This document shows positions 61,047-64,000 of a stretch of 64,000 nucleotides of DNA, in pieces. The notes below the pieces were generated by a model, which saw only the letters and a list, made by a program, of their open reading frames with translations, ran no database searches and had not been told where the DNA came from. Source of the stretch: an uncultured Candidatus Micrarchaeota archaeon (lineage in GTDB: Archaea > Micrarchaeota > Micrarchaeia > Anstonellales > Bilamarchaeaceae). The stretch covers positions 13,250 through 77,249 of the forward strand of contig CAWDQD010000036.1 in the NCBI GenBank assembly GCA_963804385.1, given 5' to 3'. A program made the position numbers and the translations under genes. Each line of letters begins with the position of its first letter. The stretch's first letter is position 1.

Positions 61047-61436
61047 ATGAAGATGAACCCGGTCGTACATTTCGAGATGCCTGCGGATGATAGGAAGCGC
61101 ATGATTGCCTTCTATGAGAAGGTGTTCGGCTGGAAAACCCAGCAGCTCGGCCCCGAGATGGGGGATTTCGTCCTTGCCCAGACTACGGAATCGACCAATA
61201 ACGCCCCGAAGAAAGCCGGCACGATCAACGGCGGATTCTACCAGAAAACCGGCGACGCCTCCCAGACCACCACGGTGTCCATCCAGGTGGATGACATCAG
61301 GGAGCACATGAAGAAGATCTTGGCTGCTGGAGGAAAACTGACCGGCGAACCCATGAATACTCCGGGCGTCGGCTGGTTCGTCTCGTTCTTCGATACTGAA
61401 GGCAATAGGGTGAACCTCATCCAGCCCTTCAAGTGA
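61047..61436 (+). CDS. VOC (glyoxalase/bleomycin-resistance) family protein
   Basis: NPVVHFEMPADDRKRMIAFYEKVFGW... and GGKLTGEPMNTPGVGWFVSFFDTEGNRVNLIQ. Confidence 0.7.
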   Translation: MKMNPVVHFEMPADDRKRMIAFYEKVFGWKTQQLGPEMGDFVLAQTTESTNNAPKKAGTINGGFYQKTGDASQTTTVSIQVDDIREHMKKILAAGGKLTGEPMNTPGVGWFVSFFDTEGNRVNLIQPFK

Positions 61437-61498
61437 ACGTACCTGGTCAATACTTTTAGTCGCAGTATGAGGGTAGGGTTATAGGAATCATACGTCAA

Positions 61499-61693
61499 GT
61501 GAATACGATGAAAGATTCGCTGTTCAAGCTGATCGTGGACACGGTCATAGTCCTGGCAGGATTCGCTATCGCCATGGTCGGCGCCGCGGAGTTGTTCGTC
61601 AATAGCGACCTCACAAGTTTACTCATCTTCCTTTTTGGATTCATCATCGTATGCTACGGGATGGGAAGGCGGATGAAAGTCCGCTGGTATTAG
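61499..61693 (+). CDS. Hypothetical small two-TM membrane protein
   Basis: A 64-aa ORF with two hydrophobic helices. Confidence 0.3.
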   Translation: MNTMKDSLFKLIVDTVIVLAGFAIAMVGAAELFVNSDLTSLLIFLFGFIIVCYGMGRRMKVRWY

Positions 61694-61705
61694 CGAGGCG
61701 AGGAC

Positions 61706-62413
61706 ATGGACGGACTTTTGAAAATCATGCAGGAGAGGCATTCGACAAGGGCGGCATTCGATCCGCAGAGGCAAGTGCCCAAGGGGGATGTGAAACGGAT
61801 TTTGGAGGCGGGCCGATGGGCACCAACGCCGCATAACATGCAGAATTTCGAGATAATCGTTGTTGACGATAAGAAGGTGCTGGAGCGGATAGGAAACATA
61901 AGGACGTATCCATCGCCTGACTTCATCCGCGAGAATTTCGAGCAATTATCAATGAGCGAGGAAGAGCTATTGAAGAGAAAAGTGGGGATACTCGGGGCCG
62001 GGTTTCCGCCTGCATGGCGTGACAAGGCTAAACTCGAGGGGGCCATGAGTGATAGAACTCCAGGGACGCTGAATCAGACGATCAAGGGGAGCCCGACCAT
62101 ACTGATAGTAGTTTACGATACGAGAAAGAGGGCGCCGGCATCAGAAGGCGACGTCCTCGGAACGCTCGGCCTGGGATGTTTGATGGAGAACATGTGGCTC
62201 GCCGCCCATGAACTAGGCATCGGTTTCCAGATAATGAGCGTCTTCAGCGATCCTGACCAGAAGGAGCTCAGGAAAACCCTGGACATCCCGGACCACATGG
62301 CAGTATCATTCGCGGTCAGGCTGGGGTACCCGACCACCCAATCGGGATATCTACGGGTCCGCAGGGATATCGAAACTTATGCATATGGCAACAGGTACGG
62401 GGAACGGCTATAG
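61706..62413 (+). CDS. Nitroreductase-family protein
   Basis: MQERHSTRAAFDPQRQVPKGDVKRILEAGRWAPTPHNMQNFEIIVVDD. Confidence 0.75.
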   Translation: MDGLLKIMQERHSTRAAFDPQRQVPKGDVKRILEAGRWAPTPHNMQNFEIIVVDDKKVLERIGNIRTYPSPDFIRENFEQLSMSEEELLKRKVGILGAGFPPAWRDKAKLEGAMSDRTPGTLNQTIKGSPTILIVVYDTRKRAPASEGDVLGTLGLGCLMENMWLAAHELGIGFQIMSVFSDPDQKELRKTLDIPDHMAVSFAVRLGYPTTQSGYLRVRRDIETYAYGNRYGERL

Positions 62414-62486
62414 GCTGTTCCGCGTTTTCATTTGAACAGCGATGCTGGTGCTTAGCCTTTTAAAGATTCTATGAGTTTCTTCGACT

Positions 62487-62846
62487 ATGTTCATAGGACA
62501 ATTGCGCCAGACCGCGATGCCATCTGAAACGGAGGAGCCCTCGCAGACCCAGAAACCCCAGGAGTCGCAGAAATCCTCTGATTCGACGTCTTTCCTCAAG
62601 ACGCCGGAAGCTCAGAAATTCGTCGCCAACTGGGGCCCGAAATTCACGAAACGCGGCCTGAACGACCTTCTCACCGAGCTCCACAGCAACGAGGCCCTCA
62701 CCACGGATAAGGCGGTCCTGAATACCGCGCAACGAATCCTCATGAAGCTCGGGAACGAGGATGGGTTGCAGAGCTTCCTCTCTAAGCTGAAAGCCAAACC
62801 CGAGGGCATAATCAAGACGTTGAAAAGCGTGTTTGGCGGTGGCTGA
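62487..62846 (+). CDS. Hypothetical protein
   Basis: A 119-aa ORF with an acidic, Gln/Ser-rich N-terminus. No motif was recognised. Confidence 0.3.
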   Translation: MFIGQLRQTAMPSETEEPSQTQKPQESQKSSDSTSFLKTPEAQKFVANWGPKFTKRGLNDLLTELHSNEALTTDKAVLNTAQRILMKLGNEDGLQSFLSKLKAKPEGIIKTLKSVFGGG

Positions 62847-62849
62847 GCA

Positions 62850-62981
62850 ATGGCCAACAAAGAGGACATCGCCCGGCTGATGGAAAAGGGCATCTGCCCC
62901 GAGTGCGGCGGGAAACTTCTCCACATCGAGGGCTGCATCGAATGCTCCACGTGCGGATGGAGCCTTTGCGAAGAAGCGTGA
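62850..62981 (+). CDS. Small zinc-ribbon protein
   Basis: A 43-aa ORF not in the supplied track: MANKEDIARLMEKGICPECGGKLLHIEGCIECSTCGWSLCEEA. It contains CPECG...CIECSTCG and starts 4 nt after the preceding stop. Confidence 0.45.
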   Translation: MANKEDIARLMEKGICPECGGKLLHIEGCIECSTCGWSLCEEA

Positions 62982-63044
62982 GTTTTATTCACAAATATAG
63001 CTAATTAGTAACTATTAAAAGAGCAACCGCTGACAAATCATACC

Positions 63045-64000
63045 ATGCAGTTCATCGGAGGGATGGCGCGCCCCCTAGAGAGGCAGTATTTCAATTCCGT
63101 CGTAAGGACAGCCCGCGAGATGGGCGCCATCATAACCACGCACAACATCCCGGACGTTGACGGCTTGGGCGCCGCCCATGTCCTGAAGAACGAGATCGCT
63201 GGAAGCAACGTGGACATAGTCACTGATAAGACAATAGAACGCACCGATCCGCTCGTTGATAGGCTGGGCATGCGCTTGAAGATGTGGGATGAGATACCTG
63301 ATTCCGACGAACGCCCGATAATCGTGGTCGATACCAACACCACGTCGCTGCTCAACGGCGCGGTCAAAAAGAGGAACAATATCTTCGCCGTCATAGACCA
63401 CCACCGCGTGACTTCGGTCCCACTGGACAGCATCATAACCATAAGGAACGAGACGGCGATATCGGTGTGCGAGATCCTCGCGTCGATCATACCGAGCAAC
63501 AGGATTGACCGTTCCAACGCTCTCGCATTGGCTGTTGGCATAGCCGGAGACAGCGAACGTCTGCTGGATACGGACAGGGAGACGTTGCACATATTCGAGC
63601 AGCTCGTCACCATATCGCAAGAGAGCAAAGACACCATAGACACCCTCGCTTATCCGCCGCTTAGGCCCGAGACCTTGGTGGCATTGCACAAAGACCTCAG
63701 GCACCTGAGGACAGAGATATACAGGGGGAACGTAATCGCCATCGGAAAGACCACCCAGGAGATCCCGGCGCTCCTCGCCATCATGCTCAAGGATATGGGC
63801 AACAACGTCTCTATCGCGATAGCCAAGGTCAAGAGCAGCCTTTATCGGCTTTCTTTCCGGGTGAAGTACCGTGATGCCGCCCAGGGTCTATACGCCAGCG
63901 AGATCGCGAAGAAAACGAGCCAGAAGTGCGGCATGTGCGAGAGCGAATGGGGGGGTGGCCACATAGACAAGGCAGGCGCGCTGATCCACGGCTCTTTCGA
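63045..64000 (+). CDS. DHH-family phosphoesterase (second copy), 3'-partial at the window edge
   Basis: The frame is open from ATG 63045 to the end of the window. Motifs TTHNIPDVDGLGAA, VVDTN, IDHH and GGGHIDKAGA (DHHA1) are present. Confidence 0.75.
   Translation, partial: MQFIGGMARPLERQYFNSVVRTAREMGAIITTHNIPDVDGLGAAHVLKNEIAGSNVDIVTDKTIERTDPLVDRLGMRLKMWDEIPDSDERPIIVVDTNTTSLLNGAVKKRNNIFAVIDHHRVTSVPLDSIITIRNETAISVCEILASIIPSNRIDRSNALALAVGIAGDSERLLDTDRETLHIFEQLVTISQESKDTIDTLAYPPLRPETLVALHKDLRHLRTEIYRGNVIAIGKTTQEIPALLAIMLKDMGNNVSIAIAKVKSSLYRLSFRVKYRDAAQGLYASEIAKKTSQKCGMCESEWGGGHIDKAGALIHGSF

Noticed and set aside
1-64000. A search for CRISPR arrays, rRNA genes, transposases, integrases or prophage blocks.
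   Set aside because: I noticed no direct-repeat/spacer periodicity, no rRNA-like conserved stretches and no DDE/tyrosine-recombinase motifs in any frame. The accessory patches lack mobility genes.

Overview
This is a roughly 58% GC archaeal chromosomal segment. The evidence for an archaeal origin is an exosome superoperon (SBDS, Rrp4, Rrp41, Rrp42, eL43, RpoP-like, Brix-like, Pcc1, prefoldin beta), membrane-bound LonB, Elp3, Pop5, TrmI, a short-type PurA, an EndA-like protein and an intron-containing tRNA-Leu. First genes of operons tend to have a TATA-like box about 25 nt upstream of the ATG (leaderless), while internal genes are joined by ATGA or TGATG overlaps. I cannot place the lineage more precisely from sequence alone.

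The housekeeping genes are interrupted by several accessory patches:
- **Envelope locus (about 23.4-39.6 kb), the most unusual region.** Six tandem, translationally coupled paralogous polytopic membrane proteins are followed by a 1433-aa lipobox-bearing protein with about 55 cysteines and a triple zinc-ribbon protein. A 1266-aa bitopic protein that shares the paralogs' N-terminal module is transcribed divergently and is coupled to a PadR regulator. I recognise no named family or energising ATPase for any of the large products, so this is a candidate undescribed cell-envelope system.
- **GXGXG quartet (4.4-7.7 kb).** Four tandem paralogs combine an unrecognised N-terminal domain with FwdC/GltB-type GXGXG beta-helix repeats.
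- **Smaller oddities.** These include:
  - a split, degenerate GGDEF-like protein;
  - tandem DsbA-like genes with duplicated leaders;
  - a cysteine-less RpoP-like ORF;
  - a LarE-like protein with a degenerate PP-loop;
  - a secreted Lon/S16 protease;
  - a Fic gene with a four-site operator array;
  - a bacterial-looking pair, made up of an OMP-like protein and a lipoprotein ankyrin gene with a frameshift;
  - an FKBP gene interrupted by an in-frame TAG;
  - a low-GC islet next to tRNA-Leu.

No CRISPR array, transposase, integrase or rRNA was seen. All homology calls are by-eye motif recognition, and no database search was run.
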